Positions 48,040-59,545 of a DNA stretch of 64,000 nucleotides are shown in pieces. Position 1 is the stretch's first letter. Each line of letters opens with the position of its first letter. Made by a program: the position numbers and the translations under genes. This stretch comes from Octopus bimaculoides (taxonomy: Eukaryota), in NCBI RefSeq assembly GCF_001194135.2, contig NC_068985.1, positions 107,430,549 to 107,494,548 on the forward strand, in the 5' to 3' direction. The notes under the pieces are model-generated. The model saw only the letters and a program-made list of their open reading frames with translations. It did no database searches and was not told the origin of the DNA.

Positions 48040-51000
48040 AGTGTGTGGGTAGCTGTACACATGTGTATGTAAATGATATTGGAAATAATGCTGATGTCAT
48101 ATCTTTTCTTTCTTAACCTTGTGATCTGAAGAAATAAACACTGAATATACATTCAGGATTCCAGAAGAAAAGCAACATAAATAGACAAGCAATGCATACA
48201 AATCAGGAATGATATATATATCTGAATACAGGTGCAGGTTTGGCTGTGTGGTTAAGAAGTTTGCTTCCCAACCACATGGTTTTGTAATCTGTCACCCTAT
48301 GTAGCACCTTGGACAAGTCTCGAGCTGACCAAAACCTTGTGAGTGGGTTTGGTAACGGAAATTAAAATAAGCCTTATATATATATACTAGCTGGTGTACC
48401 CGGTAATTCCCAGGGATAAAGGTGTTCTATTGAAACGCCTTATTACTCTGATATAAGAAAGCAACTTGATATAACTGCCACAAATGGTGTATTTTCCATC
48501 ACGAAAAAGTACAAAAAACTGTCAGCTGGAGGAGGATGAGAGATTGTTGCAGGTTGGTGAGAGAGATTGGTGAGAAAGATTGTCGGAGGTTGGTGAGAGG
48601 TGAAATGCAGAATTAGGTCGGCTGATTGTGAGAATCAAATATTGATCGCTTCGCTAAAATCTGCAGGTGGTCATTTTCCTTGGGTTGTTTAAATAAAATA
48701 TTAGTAATATGTAATAGATAGAAGGATCCATTGGAAGGGCCCTATTATCGATTTTTTCAACAATCTAAGTATGTCACAAGGTTTCCAGACATGAGTTCTA
48801 CTCATGTGTCAAATAAAGTATAAAAGCGATATTGTCTGCAAAAATTAGAAATAGGACACACAAAAATTCAATATTCAAAGTAATTGAACATAAACAATGA
48901 AATGGGTTATTTCCCTTGAGTGTTTAAAAAAATATTGTACAGGTGTTATGGATTATTTCCCTTGGGTGTTTAAAAAATAATTATATGAGGTAGANNNNNN
49001 NNNNNNNNNNNNNNNNNNNNNNNNNNNNNNNNNNNNNNNNNNNNNNNNNNNNNNNNNNNNNNNNNNNNNNNNNNNNNNNNNNNNNNNNNNNNNNNNNNNN
49101 NNNNNNNNNNNNNNNNNNNNNNNNNNNNNNNNNNNNNNNNNNNNNNNNNNNNNNNNNNNNNNNNNNNNNNNNNNNNNNNNNNNNNNNNNNNNNNNNNNNN
49201 NNNNNNNNNNNNNNNNNNNNNNNNNNNNNNNNNNNNNNNNNNNNNNNNNNNNNNNNNNNNNNNNNNNNNNNNNNNNNNNNNNNNNNNNNNNNNNNNNNNN
49301 NNNNNNNNNNNNNNNNNNNNNNNNNNNNNNNNNNNNNNNNNNNNNNNNNNNNNNNNNNNNNNNNNNNNNATATATATATATATATATATATATATAGTAG
49401 AATAACAAACAGAGAGTCCTTGGTATAATATTACAGTATTAGATATGTGAAAAAAATGAAAAGAAATAGCATTTCTGATAATTTTGCCACCTCAATAATT
49501 AGATGTTTATAAGCTGTTAGGTGTTTACAAAAGGTGACTCACGCCTAGTAACTTATGAAAATCTAATTATTAAAGTGGAAAAATTATCAGAAAAGCCATT
49601 TCTGTTAATTCTTTTCAAACACACACACACAAACACATGTTGGTGTGTCTCTTTGTGTCTTCTTGTCTTGACAATAGAGGTAGACATAAATGAGTATCTC
49701 AGTCATACAAGCCATGTCTTTCATTTCCAATATTCTGTGGAAACATGTCTGGCTACACGGAACATGACCTTGCTTGGAGACAGGTGAGGGTTGGCAACAG
49801 GAAAGCCATCCAGCTGTAGAAAATCTTACTCAATAAATTCTGTCTGACTCATGGTAAATTGGACATTAAAATGGTGACGACAATGATGATACATATGTAC
49901 ATAGGTACATTAGTATTACATTACTGTTAGTATGATGGTGTGTATACACACACATATGTTATATAAAATCATAGCAGTCACTCAAAAGTGAGTATGATTT
50001 GATAGCATGTGACATAATTTCACTGATTGTTTCAGGTGACTATGTAGTTGCGAGTAGACAGAGATACCTTTTCAGCCTTCTCACACTGCATCCAACAGAA
50101 CATTCAGAATGTGGTAGCTGGAAGGAGTGAAGGTTGTATAAGAGACCATAACAGGTGAGTAGAATGAAGCAGCATGGAATAAAGTGCCTTCTTCACAGTC
50201 ACAGTATACTGTCTTGTGTGTATCTGTTCCCTCACTGCTTGAAAACTAATATTCGTTTGTTTACATCCTTATAATTGAGAGTTTCAGCAACATGAGACTG
50301 ACAGAATAAGAGAGGTCAGAATAAGGTAGTGAGCTGGCAGAAACGTTACCCCTGCCGGGCGAAATGCTTAGCGGTATTTCGTCTGCCGTTATGTTCTGAG
50401 TTCACATTCCACCGAGGTCGACTTTGCCTTTCATCCTTTCGGGGGACGATAAATTAAGTACCAGTTATGTACTAGGGTCGATGTAATCGACTTAATCCCT
50501 TTGTCTGTCCTTGTTTGTCCCCTCTGTGTTTAGCCCCTTGTGGGCAATAAAAAAAATAAGAATAAGAGAGGTAATATTTATTCCCACTTAAACATGGATA
50601 TTTTGTTAGAACAAACTTTACTGTAGTAGATATCACGAGAGAAACTCTCAGATAGGCTTTTGGTGTGGAATGCATGCTTGTTTGTAAATATAGCCAGCAG
50701 AGAGACAAGTCACCACCAACTCCAGTACTGAGACCATCAGATCATGTGATTTCGATCTTTCATGATCTCATCAGTGATGGACACTCGACTGCTAGAGATA
50801 GCAGTGACTCGGCCTCCCACCAGCAATATATAGAAAATCCATGCCTGAACAGGCACTGATGTCGCAATTAGCCAGTTAGCTTGTTAAAATATATATATAT
50901 ATATTGGTGACAGAGGCAGTATCAATACTGAGAAGTAATAGTTATTCAAATTTAAATGCGGATGCTCTGTTAGAACAAACCTTACTGCGCTATATACCAT

Positions 51001-51706
51001 GAGAGAACATTCACATTTAAATGGGAATAAATATTACCTGTTGGTCTTAATACTGCCTCTGTTGCTAATATATATNNNNNNNNNNNNNNNNNNNNNNNNN
51101 NNNNNNNNNNNNNNNNNNNNNNNNNNNNNNNNNNNNNNNNNNNNNNNNNNNNNNNNNNNNNNNNNNNNNNNNNNNNNNNNNNNNNNNNNNNNNNNNNNNN
51201 NNNNNNNNNNNNNNNNNNNNNNNNNNNNNNNNNNNNNNNNNNNNNNNNNNNNNNNNNNNNNNNNNNNNNNNNNNNNNNNNNNNNNNNNNNNNNNNNNNNN
51301 NNNNNNNNNNNNNNNNNNNNNNNNNNNNNNNNNNNNNNNNNNNNNNNNNNNNNNNNNNNNNNNNNNNNNNNNNNNNNNNNNNNNNNNNNNNNNNNNNNNN
51401 NNNNNNNNNNNNNNNNNNNNNNNNNNNNNNNNNNNNNNNNNNNNNNNNNNNNNNNNNNNNNNNNNNNNNNNNNNNNNNNNNNNNNNNNNNNNNNNNNNNN
51501 NNNNNNNNNNNNNNNNNNNNNNNNNNNNNNNNNNNNNNNNNNNNNNNNNNNNNNNNNNNNNNNNNNNNNNNNNNNNNNNNNNNNNNNNNNNNNNNNTTAC
51601 TGTATAGCACTTTGGGCAAATGTCTTCTACAATAGCCTTAGGCTGACTGAATCCTTGTGAGAGGATTTCATTGATATTAACTGAAAGAAGCCTTGTGTGT
51701 GTGTGT

Positions 51707-51748
<42 letters not shown>

Positions 51749-53987
51749 GTATGTAGCACTCACACTCATGATACTGTGGTTTTAATTCCCAGACCAACTG
51801 TACATTGTGTTCTTGAGCAAAATGCTTCATTTCACATTGCTTCAGTGCACTCAGCTGTAAATAGGTGATTCTGTGATGGACTAACCTTCCAATCAGGAGG
51901 AATATTGGCCTGCTCACCTTAGCCAGCAGAGTGGCATCCTTAAAAAGCTAAAACAATGTGAAATGCATTGTGACCAGTGATGTATAACAATATCCAATAG
52001 TCTGGTCGATATCATGATCACATGATATATGTGTGTATGTGCATGTCCATGTGTGTATATGTATTTGTGTCTCTTTATTAAAGACATGTAGGCATGTGGA
52101 ATTTCATGATGCAACCATAATATACTATAAAGTATGAGAGTATTGTAGTTCACTTGAAGCATTGTGTACAGTTTATAGCAGAGACTCCATCTAAGAAGGA
52201 ATTGTAATTCCGAAATATCATTGGATATAGATAACCAAATTACAACAGGTATATAGTCCATTTTTTGTTTTATAGTGCATTGTTGTACCATTCTAAACTT
52301 TTTATTCTTTACTATAAAATACATAAAAATTTTTTATGAGTCAACACCACATCCTACTGTGTTAGCAGTGCTCTTCACATTATTTTGTTAAGGTTATTTC
52401 TACAGAAATTATAGCCAGCACAGAGGCAAGTGTGGGTTAGATGAATGCTGATGAAGTGGAAAAAAACCCCCAAAATATGGCATATACACTCATTACCCAT
52501 TTTGTCTCTGATCTCATTGTTTACATCGAAAGTTTCAATATGAAATGTTGTAGCAAAATTCAGCACTGGCTATATTTCTGTAGAAATAACCTTGACAAAA
52601 TATTGTGTCTCTTTCTCTTGACAGAAGTGTGAGGATTGTAAACAATCAGCAACATCATACAAGCAGTGTCATTCTTTTCCAATTTTCAGTGAAAACATGC
52701 CTGGTCAAAGGGATATTATATTATCTTGCTTGTAAACAGACGAGGATTAACAACAGGAAGAGCATCCAGACACAGAAAAATCTACTTGGCACTGCATATG
52801 TATTATGTCGAGCATTTTCAACTCAAAATTGAGAAGCTAAACAAAACACTATTCATACCCAAAATACTACAATGAAAGCACTTCTGATAACAATAAAACT
52901 ACAGAACAATATTATTATTACTGAAGATGACCAGTGTTTTCATTAAGATAACTGTTTATAAGAGATATACATACAAAGAGAACTATAACTACTGTGTGGT
53001 GTTTAATTTTTATCAAAGAATGTGGGATGGAAACAAGATAGAAAGAGAGAGAAAGAGAGAGAGAGAGGGAGATGGGATAGGAGAAGGAAATGATTTAACA
53101 TTATCACAAGTGGTTGTTGTTTAGCCTTGGGCTAGTCCTAGTCCTGCAGACATACAATCAAAACTCATTTTCAGTTATAGCAATCTCATTATCTCATTTT
53201 TGACCATATTTTCTGGCATACAAGTTGAATTTTTCAGACAAAAAATATGGTAGGATGACTAATACAACAAGATGATTTTCAAGAACTAAAAATTCCATGT
53301 GAAATACAGCAGGATTTGGAAAGGTATTGATGATGTCTGAATATTTACACTAAATATGATGCTGACTTGTATACCAGGAGTTAGAGGAATTTTTCTCATT
53401 TCAGACCATATTATCAGATGTATCTTCATATTTTCTTCTTTTAAGACAGTAGTGTTCTGTGAGATTTGACTACTTTTTGCAAGTTGAGTGACCATGTATG
53501 ATCACATAGGAATAACAAAATGATTAGAGGAAATTCATGTTGAAAACATGAAATTCCCTGTTTGTCAACTGGGGAAATGTAGCCAACTTCAGCTGGCCTC
53601 TCATGAACACAACTGGAACTGATCTAAATGGAATAACTCCACTTCACCCGTGGTTTTGGCAGTAGAGATTTTCTTTGGGATTTTTTTGTTTACAAAATGA
53701 ACCGACCATGACATATTCTTTCTTTCAGTTGTAGAGAGGTTTATGTGCCTCCAGCAAATGAGTCTGATGAGTAGTCTATACAACTAAGCACTTTATAGCT
53801 CACAGTCCCAAATATTTCATGAGGTGCTTTTGTGTGGCTGTTCAAGTTAAATTTTAGCTCTCATTTCTAGCAATTGTAGGTACTATTTTGCACCCTCATT
53901 AATTGATTTTACCTTTTTGGTTTTAATTGCTATAGCCACTTATATTATAATGTATTTAATATATTATCATAATATCTTATTGTATGT

Positions 53988-54018
<31 letters not shown>

Positions 54019-57000
54019 ACACACACACATGTATATGGGATAGAGAAATAGAAGAGAGATTCACCTACCTCAATTCTCCAGATCAAGAGACCAACTTCTT
54101 TTCCAACATGATGCCAAGCTTCCTCATGTGATGCTGCTTCTTCTGCAGAAGTTAAAGAATAATAGTGTCAAAGTAACAGTTATATATATATATACATATA
54201 CATATACATATTCAAGGAGTACCCCCAAAATACTGAATTTTGCAATATTATTTTATTCACCTAATTTTACATGCTTGCACTTTTATTGCCTTCAAATTAT
54301 TCTATTTGAAGCAATTCACCAGTTCAGACTTGTTTTCCACTATTCAAAGCAATTCTAGAACTCTTGCAAAGTGATGGCTTTTAATGCCTTCATTGTTTTG
54401 TTCTTCAGCTCTTCCACATCTGCAAAATGTTTTCCATTAAGGACTTTTACCATTTGGAAGAACAAAAAAAAGTTTCAGGGAGCAAGATCAGGTGGGTAAA
54501 CAGAATCATGCTATTTTTGGTCAAAAACTGTCTTACACTCAAGGCGGTGTATAAAGGTGCATTGTTGTGGTGCCCTCTTTGAAGAGACAATTCGCAGCAG
54601 AGTCCCTCAGGGAACTGTACTGAGACCACTACTGTTTCTGGTGACTCTCCCAGACATACTCTCAACCACAGGTGGTCAAGGACTCCGGTGACATCCTAAA
54701 ACTACAGAAAGACCTGAATGCAATATACAAGTGAGATGATGAATATAATATACAGTTAAATACTGAGTAGTTTCAAGTGTTTTATTATCAGCACACATGC
54801 AAAATACACAGGACCAGTGGGTAGTGCAATCCCAGAGTCAGAGCTGGTGGCCTGGGAATCCACACAAGTAATAATGCAAAATTTCATGTGCATATTACTA
54901 GGACAGAAACGTTGTGCAGAAGAGTGACAGCAAAGGCAGTGAGCTGGCAGAAACGTTAGCACGCCGGGCGAAATGCTTAGCGGTATTTCGTCTGCCGCTA
55001 TGTTTTGAGTTCAAATTCTGCTGAGGTCGACTTTGCCTTCCATCCTTTCGGAGTCGATAAATTAAGTACCAGTTATGCACTGGGGTCGATGTAATCGACT
55101 TAATCCCTTTGTCCCCTCTATGTTTATCCCCTTGTGGGCAATAAAGAAATAAGAGTAACAGGTTGGATTCTGAGCATTATTCAGAACAAGGAAAAAGGAT
55201 ATCATGCTACTCCTATAGGGGACATTTCTTCTCAGTCTTATTGATTATTGCTCTCAACTGTGATTGCCACAAAGTGTCAAACTAAGAGTGAAACTCAAGG
55301 CAATCAAATACACAAAGGAGATTGATTTGTTGCAACAGATGAATTACTAGGAGAGTCTAAAAGAATGGAGACTCTACTCCCTAGAGAGAAAATGCAAAGG
55401 ATATGCAGTGACACATATATATAGAAGGTCCTAGAGGTCTACTTCCCAACTTTAGGATTGAAAGCTATACCAAACACTGAATTGTACACCACTGTATAGT
55501 ATCAAAGATTTTGTCTTCTCCTCCTAGAGCAAGGACCCAGTACTGTGACGGCTAAGATTTCAAGGGCTCACAACTTTTCAACACTCTGCCAAACAACCTC
55601 AGAGACCTGTGAGGTGTAGTTGTGGATGTTTTCAAAGAATATATGTCAAATTTCTATCTGAGGTACCAGATGAATCGACATTGTAGCAGGAAAGACAAAG
55701 AAAAGCAGCTCTGTCTAGCTTGCTATTTCACCAGAAATAGTTCCAGAGAGAAAATCAGGAAGTGAGTGTGAAATAAAAACCAATCACACTAAAGGCAGTA
55801 CTCCAGCATGGCCACAGCCTCTGGCTGGAATTTAAAAAGAAAAAGAGAGAGACACACACATGTACAAAGAGAGAGAGAACAAGCAACGGTGTATAGGTAT
55901 ATACCAGATAGACACAATGTGTAGATAAATCCTTTCAGGAGAATAAAGTTGCTTTTTGGACCCTACTCCCTTCCTTGGTGTAGCTTCTTTTGTCAGACAT
56001 TCATGTGGAGCCCCTCTTCTTGGATATCTGGGTCACCAGGACCAACGAACAAGCTGAATTTCCCTCCCATAGGCTCTGTGTGCTGATGCATACTGGATAG
56101 TAAGATAGTGTGTAGATCTTGACTGGGTTGCTGTTGGCACTCCGTCGCTTACGACGACGAGGGTTCCAGTTGATCCGATCAACAGAACAGCCTGCTTGTG
56201 AAATTAGCATGCAAGTAGCTGAGCACTCCACAGACATGTGTACCCTTAATGTAGTTCTCGGGGATATTCAGCGTGACGCAGTGTGACAAGGCTGACCCTT
56301 TGAAATACAGGCACAACAGAAACAGGAAGTAAGAGTGAGAGAAAGTTGTGGTGAAAGAGTACAGCAGGTTTCGCCACCATCCCCTGCCGGAGCCTCGTGG
56401 AGCTTTTAGGTGTTTTCGCTCAATAAACAATCACAACGCCTGGTCTGGGAATTGAAACCGCAATTCTATGACCGCGAGTCCGCTGCCCTAACCACTCGGC
56501 CATTGCGCCTCCACCTTGACTGGGTAGATAGTGAGATATTGAAAAGACAGACAGATAGCCGGACAAATAGATAGATAAGCTAACAAATAGTATTTAATAG
56601 TTGCTTATTCAGAGAAAGAAAGCAACAACAAAACACATCCTTGTGACTTCAAAGGCCAAGATATAGTTATTTATATATCAAATTTACTGAGATTAAAACA
56701 TTCACACAATTCCCATCAGTGACTTGAACATACAAACTTTGAGTTGACATTTTAACAACTTGCAGCTGCAGCTCTTTGATGATAATGATGAGAATGAAGA
56801 TGATGTAATCAAATACAATCCTACTCATTTTTACTTGTTTTCTTTAGTATTCAGTTTTTCCCCAATCTTTCTGTGCATGTGAGTCTTTATTTGTTAAAAA
56901 AAAAAGTCCATTGCAGTATTGTATATTGTATATACACACATAAAATATACTGCCTTACGTGGCTTACACACACACACAGAGGCTCACATGTTCAGAAATA

Positions 57001-57407
57001 TCTTTGAGACTGTATTGTGTGATGTGTGAACGCGTATATTTAATCGATTTGTCCATACTTAAGACATATCATAAGCTTAACTGGAGAGACTCAATGTAGT
57101 CAGTCGACTTACTCAAAATAACAGCCAACGTCTCTCAAACCACACACATGTGTGCACATGCACACTGGGTCATGTAACTGGTGGTATGCTGCCTAAAGTT
57201 TTAAAAAAAAATGTAATCATTATAGCTGACTATCTTTGATCACAGGTCTGCTTAACCAAGGGAGATTGAGGGTTAAATAAAGAAATACACACACACACAC
57301 ACACCCAACAAACAGCAAATCAGAGGTCACCAAAATATTTAAGTTAAAATAATACGTTCACACATACCCACACTTTAAATGAACAGAAAGCTACAAACAT
57401 GCATACA

Positions 57408-57443
<36 letters not shown>

Positions 57444-57627
57444 CATATATACATGTAAAAAGAAATGAAATACTGGAGAAAACAAAACAGAGTAGGTAAG
57501 AAAAGGATGAGAGAACAAGAAAAGTCTATCATTAATCAGCACTTACTTTTGACATCTCTGTCCATGCTGGAGCCAAACAATGCGAGATTAGTGTCTTTCC
57601 AGTCATACTGCTTCTGTTTACGAAGTC
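27364..57627 (-). CDS. Three-domain gelsolin/severin-like actin-severing protein (invertebrate gelsolin-like type, ~365 aa); ATG exon not located
   Basis: 12 GT-AG exons (57627-57547, 54142-54069, 46962-46888, 43810-43739, 40134-40007, 38761-38653, 37554-37444, 36451-36365, 35378-35296, 32341-32263, 29454-29359, 27459-27364), 1091 nt in one frame. Gelsolin-family motifs [78 protein letters not shown], then stop. Confidence 0.93.
29359..29454 (-). CDS. gelsolin-like exon (G3)
   Basis: cttcag|GAT...CAC|gtgagt; [32 protein letters not shown]. Confidence 0.93.
30205..30785 (-). mobile_element. R4/Dong-like (restriction-like endonuclease) LINE 3' remnant
   Basis: TDTEIKANK…[13 protein letters not shown]…IPVVI…[12 protein letters not shown] matches RLE-clade C-termini. 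Confidence 0.7.
31140..32047 (-). mobile_element. Ty3/Gypsy gag remnant (K02A2.6-like)
   Basis: [19 protein letters not shown]…VRLLLCKL…[10 protein letters not shown] and [10 protein letters not shown]…ILTKLEQ; PBS-like CGGCGACAAGG near 31925-31936. Confidence 0.7.
32263..32341 (-). CDS. gelsolin-like exon (G3)
   Basis: caacag|G...AAG|gtaagg; [26 protein letters not shown]. Confidence 0.92.
33243..33459. mobile_element. piggyBac-like (TTAA) MITE, second family
   Basis: TTAA-flanked; an inverted degenerate copy lies at 272-476. Confidence 0.6.
35296..35378 (-). CDS. gelsolin-like exon (G2-G3 linker)
   Basis: ttgtag|CAT...AG|gtgagt; [27 protein letters not shown]. Confidence 0.88.
36365..36451 (-). 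CDS. gelsolin-like exon
   Basis: tgccag|GCT...GAT|gtaagt; [29 protein letters not shown]. Confidence 0.88.
37444..37554 (-). CDS. gelsolin-like exon (G2 core)
   Basis: ttcaag|GTT...AAG|gtatgt; [37 protein letters not shown]. Confidence 0.92.
38653..38761 (-). CDS. gelsolin-like exon
   Basis: caaaag|G...GAG|gtcagt; [36 protein letters not shown]. Confidence 0.92.
40007..40134 (-). CDS. gelsolin-like exon (G1 actin-binding helix)
   Basis: ccatag|GAT...AC|gtaagt; [42 protein letters not shown]. Confidence 0.93.
40169..40370. repeat. Degenerate 36-bp tandem repeat (5 units)
   Basis: Units start at 40193, 40229, 40265, 40302, 40338. Confidence 0.75.
40479..40662. mobile_element. Foldback palindromic element (89-bp arms, 6-nt loop), TA-flanked
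   Basis: Arms 40479-40567 and 40574-40662 differ at 4 of 89 positions; the arm resembles the element end at ~18092-18180. Confidence 0.85.
40798..41710 (-). mobile_element. RTE LINE 3' remnant
   Basis: [14 protein letters not shown]…[11 protein letters not shown]…ITIRLSL resembles the RTE RT C-terminus; (GAT)n tail. Confidence 0.7.
42944..43125. repeat. ~180-bp palindrome of two back-to-back hammerhead-bearing (Penelope-terminus-like) arms
   Basis: Arms 42944-43029 and 43037-43125, 7-nt loop, inner 36 bp perfectly complementary, followed by (TA)n. Confidence 0.85.
43036..43094 (+). ncRNA. Minimal type I hammerhead ribozyme motif in right arm of a palindrome
   Basis: GUGC-CUGAUGA-[10-bp stem II 43049-43075 with one mismatch, one bulge, UAUU loop]-GAAA-CU-AAU-AG-UA/GCAC; GUA site after 43088. 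Confidence 0.6.
43739..43810 (-). CDS. gelsolin-like exon
   Basis: gaacag|ACT...CAG|gtgagt; [24 protein letters not shown]. Confidence 0.92.
44278..45200 (-). mobile_element. Internally deleted Tc1-like transposon
   Basis: FRQDNVPSH…[12 protein letters not shown]…GGHTQY* (Tc1 DD34E C-terminus) plus a degenerate N-terminal HTH. Confidence 0.85.
46888..46962 (-). CDS. gelsolin-like exon
   Basis: ctgcag|AAA...AAT|gtgagt; [25 protein letters not shown]. Confidence 0.92.
47690..47903 (+). mobile_element. Tc1/mariner-superfamily transposase C-terminal remnant
   Basis: [24 protein letters not shown]…DELKARI. Confidence 0.7.
48386..48994 (+). mobile_element. Helitron/Helentron-like non-autonomous element (3' end in gap)
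   Basis: Starts ACTAG…CCCGG…CCCAGGG within (TA)n; 48637-48826 is present inverted at 21124-21319. Confidence 0.45.
50323..50560 (+). mobile_element. Family A SINE
   Basis: Near-identical to 16357-16591 and 54933-55153. Confidence 0.85.
50723..50791 (-). ncRNA. Type I hammerhead ribozyme motif, complete core, sense to gelsolin-like intron
   Basis: Minus strand reads CAGU-C-GAG-UGU-CCAUCA-CUGAUGA-GAUC-AUGAAA-GAUC-GAAA-UCA-CA-UGA-UC/UGAUGG-U-CUC-AGU-ACUG. All core nucleotides are present. Stem I is 6 bp plus an extension, stem II is 4 bp with G10.1-C11.1, stem III is 4 bp, and the AUC cleavage site falls between 50740 and 50739. Confidence 0.8.
54069..54142 (-). CDS. gelsolin-like exon
   Basis: ctgcag|AA...GAG|gtaggt; [25 protein letters not shown]. 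Confidence 0.9.
54212..54585 (-). mobile_element. Mariner 3' remnant
   Basis: [22 protein letters not shown] and a degenerate C-terminal …FEG. Confidence 0.75.
54655..55735 (+). mobile_element. CR1/L2-group LINE remnant, interrupted by SINEs
   Basis: [16 protein letters not shown], and QLFNTLP-like segments. Confidence 0.6.
54933..55153 (+). mobile_element. Family A SINE inserted in a CR1-like remnant
   Basis: Near-identical to 50323-50560. Confidence 0.85.
56129..56514 (-). mobile_element. Full-length tRNA-derived SINE with 11-bp target-site duplication
   Basis: Head GTGGAGGCGCAATGGCCGAGTGGTTAGGGCAGCGG (A box) and GGTTTCAATTCC (B box-like); CTTGACTGGGT duplicated at 56118-56128 and 56515-56525. 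Confidence 0.9.
57547..57627 (-). CDS. gelsolin-like exon
   Basis: ctttag|GA...AAA A|gtaagt; (G)[26 protein letters not shown]; phase 1 at both ends. Confidence 0.9.
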
Positions 57628-58072
57628 CTAAAGGAACAAAAAAAAAAAGAAACAAAAAAAAAAAACAGATCAATATTAAGATCAAAAATAAGAGTAATTT
57701 TTTTTTTTTAATAAACCAAAAAATATAAAGAAATAAAAAAACATACAAACAGTTAATAATTTTTTACACAGTTTTTGAAATATGTGTTTATGTAATTATT
57801 TCAGGACATTTTGTGGACAAAGAGGAGCCATGAAGAAAGAATAGAACAACCACAACATNNNNNNNNNNNNNNNNNNNNNNNNNNNNNNNNNNNNNNNNNN
57901 NNNNNNNNNNNNNNNNNNNNNNNNNNNNNNNNNNNNNNNNNNNNNNNNNNNNNNNNNNNNNNNNNNNNNNNNNNNNNNNNNNNNNNNNNNNNNNNNNNNN
58001 NNNNNNNNNNNNNNNNNNNNNNNNNNNNNNNNNNNNNNNNNNNNNNNNNNNNNNNNNNNNNNNNNNNNNNNN

Positions 58073-58113
<41 letters not shown>

Positions 58114-58729
58114 AAAGTGTATGTGAATATACACATCTGTAATACATGTATATGTACATATATACATTTAGTATTTGATCCATAATTTTTACACAAACAA
58201 TAAATTGCTTGTGAAAAAATTTACTTTCAGAAACACGCTTTAACAATGAAATACATTTGAAAATAATGAAAGAGTTCAAAAAATAAAAAAATGTATAGTC
58301 TGTCGTATTGAATTCATCATCATCATCTGTTTTATTGTTAAAAGTTTTAAACGGAACATGGTGCTTCCAAGGAAAAAAAAAAAGGTAATAGAATGTCAGA
58401 AAAATGAGATTAATGATGTAGCTTGACTCTGTAATCACAAGAAAATAAGTGTTCAAGCAAAATAACAAAGTAATAGAGAATGTTGCACTCGAATTAGTGA
58501 ATTATTTGGACAGCTTGTGTGGTTGTGTGCAGATGAGAGAGAGAGTTCAAAAGAATTAGTAGCAATTTTAGTTGTTTACGCTGTCTGATAGTTAACAACA
58601 TTAGATATGGTGTATGGCTGCATTTGATTATTTTGTATTGAATATATAAGTCTTTCACTCCTGTGTGTCACTCACCGCTATCTGTTTGTGACAGTTCATT
58701 TTATAAGATAACTAACCACATCAAAGCTC

Positions 58730-59545
58730 AAGTGACTTGCAATCAACAACTTTTGACTCTGCTCCTGTGTCACCCAATCATAACCAGATACAAGATAAGG
58801 CAAACAGGCTGGCAGTTGCATCCTTTGACACAGAACTGAGGATCAACAGGAAGACCAACCTGATGATGATTAGCACCTTTAATTACAACTCAGCCAGAAT
58901 GGATAGCAAGCCCATGCCTTTACTTACCTTAATAGCATAATTGATACATAGAGTAACACAGAGAGAGATGTCATACTTGAGTGGACAAGGCCAAACATAA
59001 CCTTCACCATTCTCAAGAACATCTGAGCTTCCAGAGAAATTACCATAAAAAAATAAATTGCATATCTTCAGCTCTAATGTGAAATCCATCCTCCTCTATG
59101 GATCAGAGACAGAGATAAGAATCAAAAAGATGCTGCAGGTGGTGTAGATCTTCATTAATAACTATCTGAAGTGTATTCTTCAAGTTAGATGACCAGATAA
59201 AATAGGAAATGAAGAGCTGTGATAGAAGGTGGTGGTGGTGGGAAAGGTGCCAGTGGAAGAAAAGATCCTGAAGCACAAGTGGTGATGGTTAGGCCACACT
59301 TAAAGGTAATCAAAATCCTGAATTATATGCCAGGCCTTGACCCTTGAACCCACAAGAGACGTAGAAGAGAGGACACTCTAAAAAACAGATGGAAGTAGGG
59401 TAGTGAGGCAGAACTGAAAAAGCAGGAATCCAAATAGAGAAAAGCAAAAAAAAAAAGAAAAGACAGCCAAGAGTTGAGAGGAGTGGAGGAAAGTTGTCAA
59501 TGGAATATGCTCCACAGGAAATGAAGGGCTTAAGTAAATAAGCAG
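58730..59545 (+). mobile_element. RTE LINE 3' remnant
   Basis: Degenerate IFSSNVKSILLYGSET, PDKIGNEEL, KW*WLGHT motifs. Confidence 0.75.

Noticed and set aside
53755-53795. Hammerhead-like CUGAUGA with a 3-bp stem II
   Set aside because: Lacks the GA of GAAA and the NUH triplet; at best a fossil
56430-56514. tRNA gene (also 21037-21110)
   Set aside because: The tRNA-like A/B boxes are SINE heads continuous with a SINE body; no complete acceptor stem
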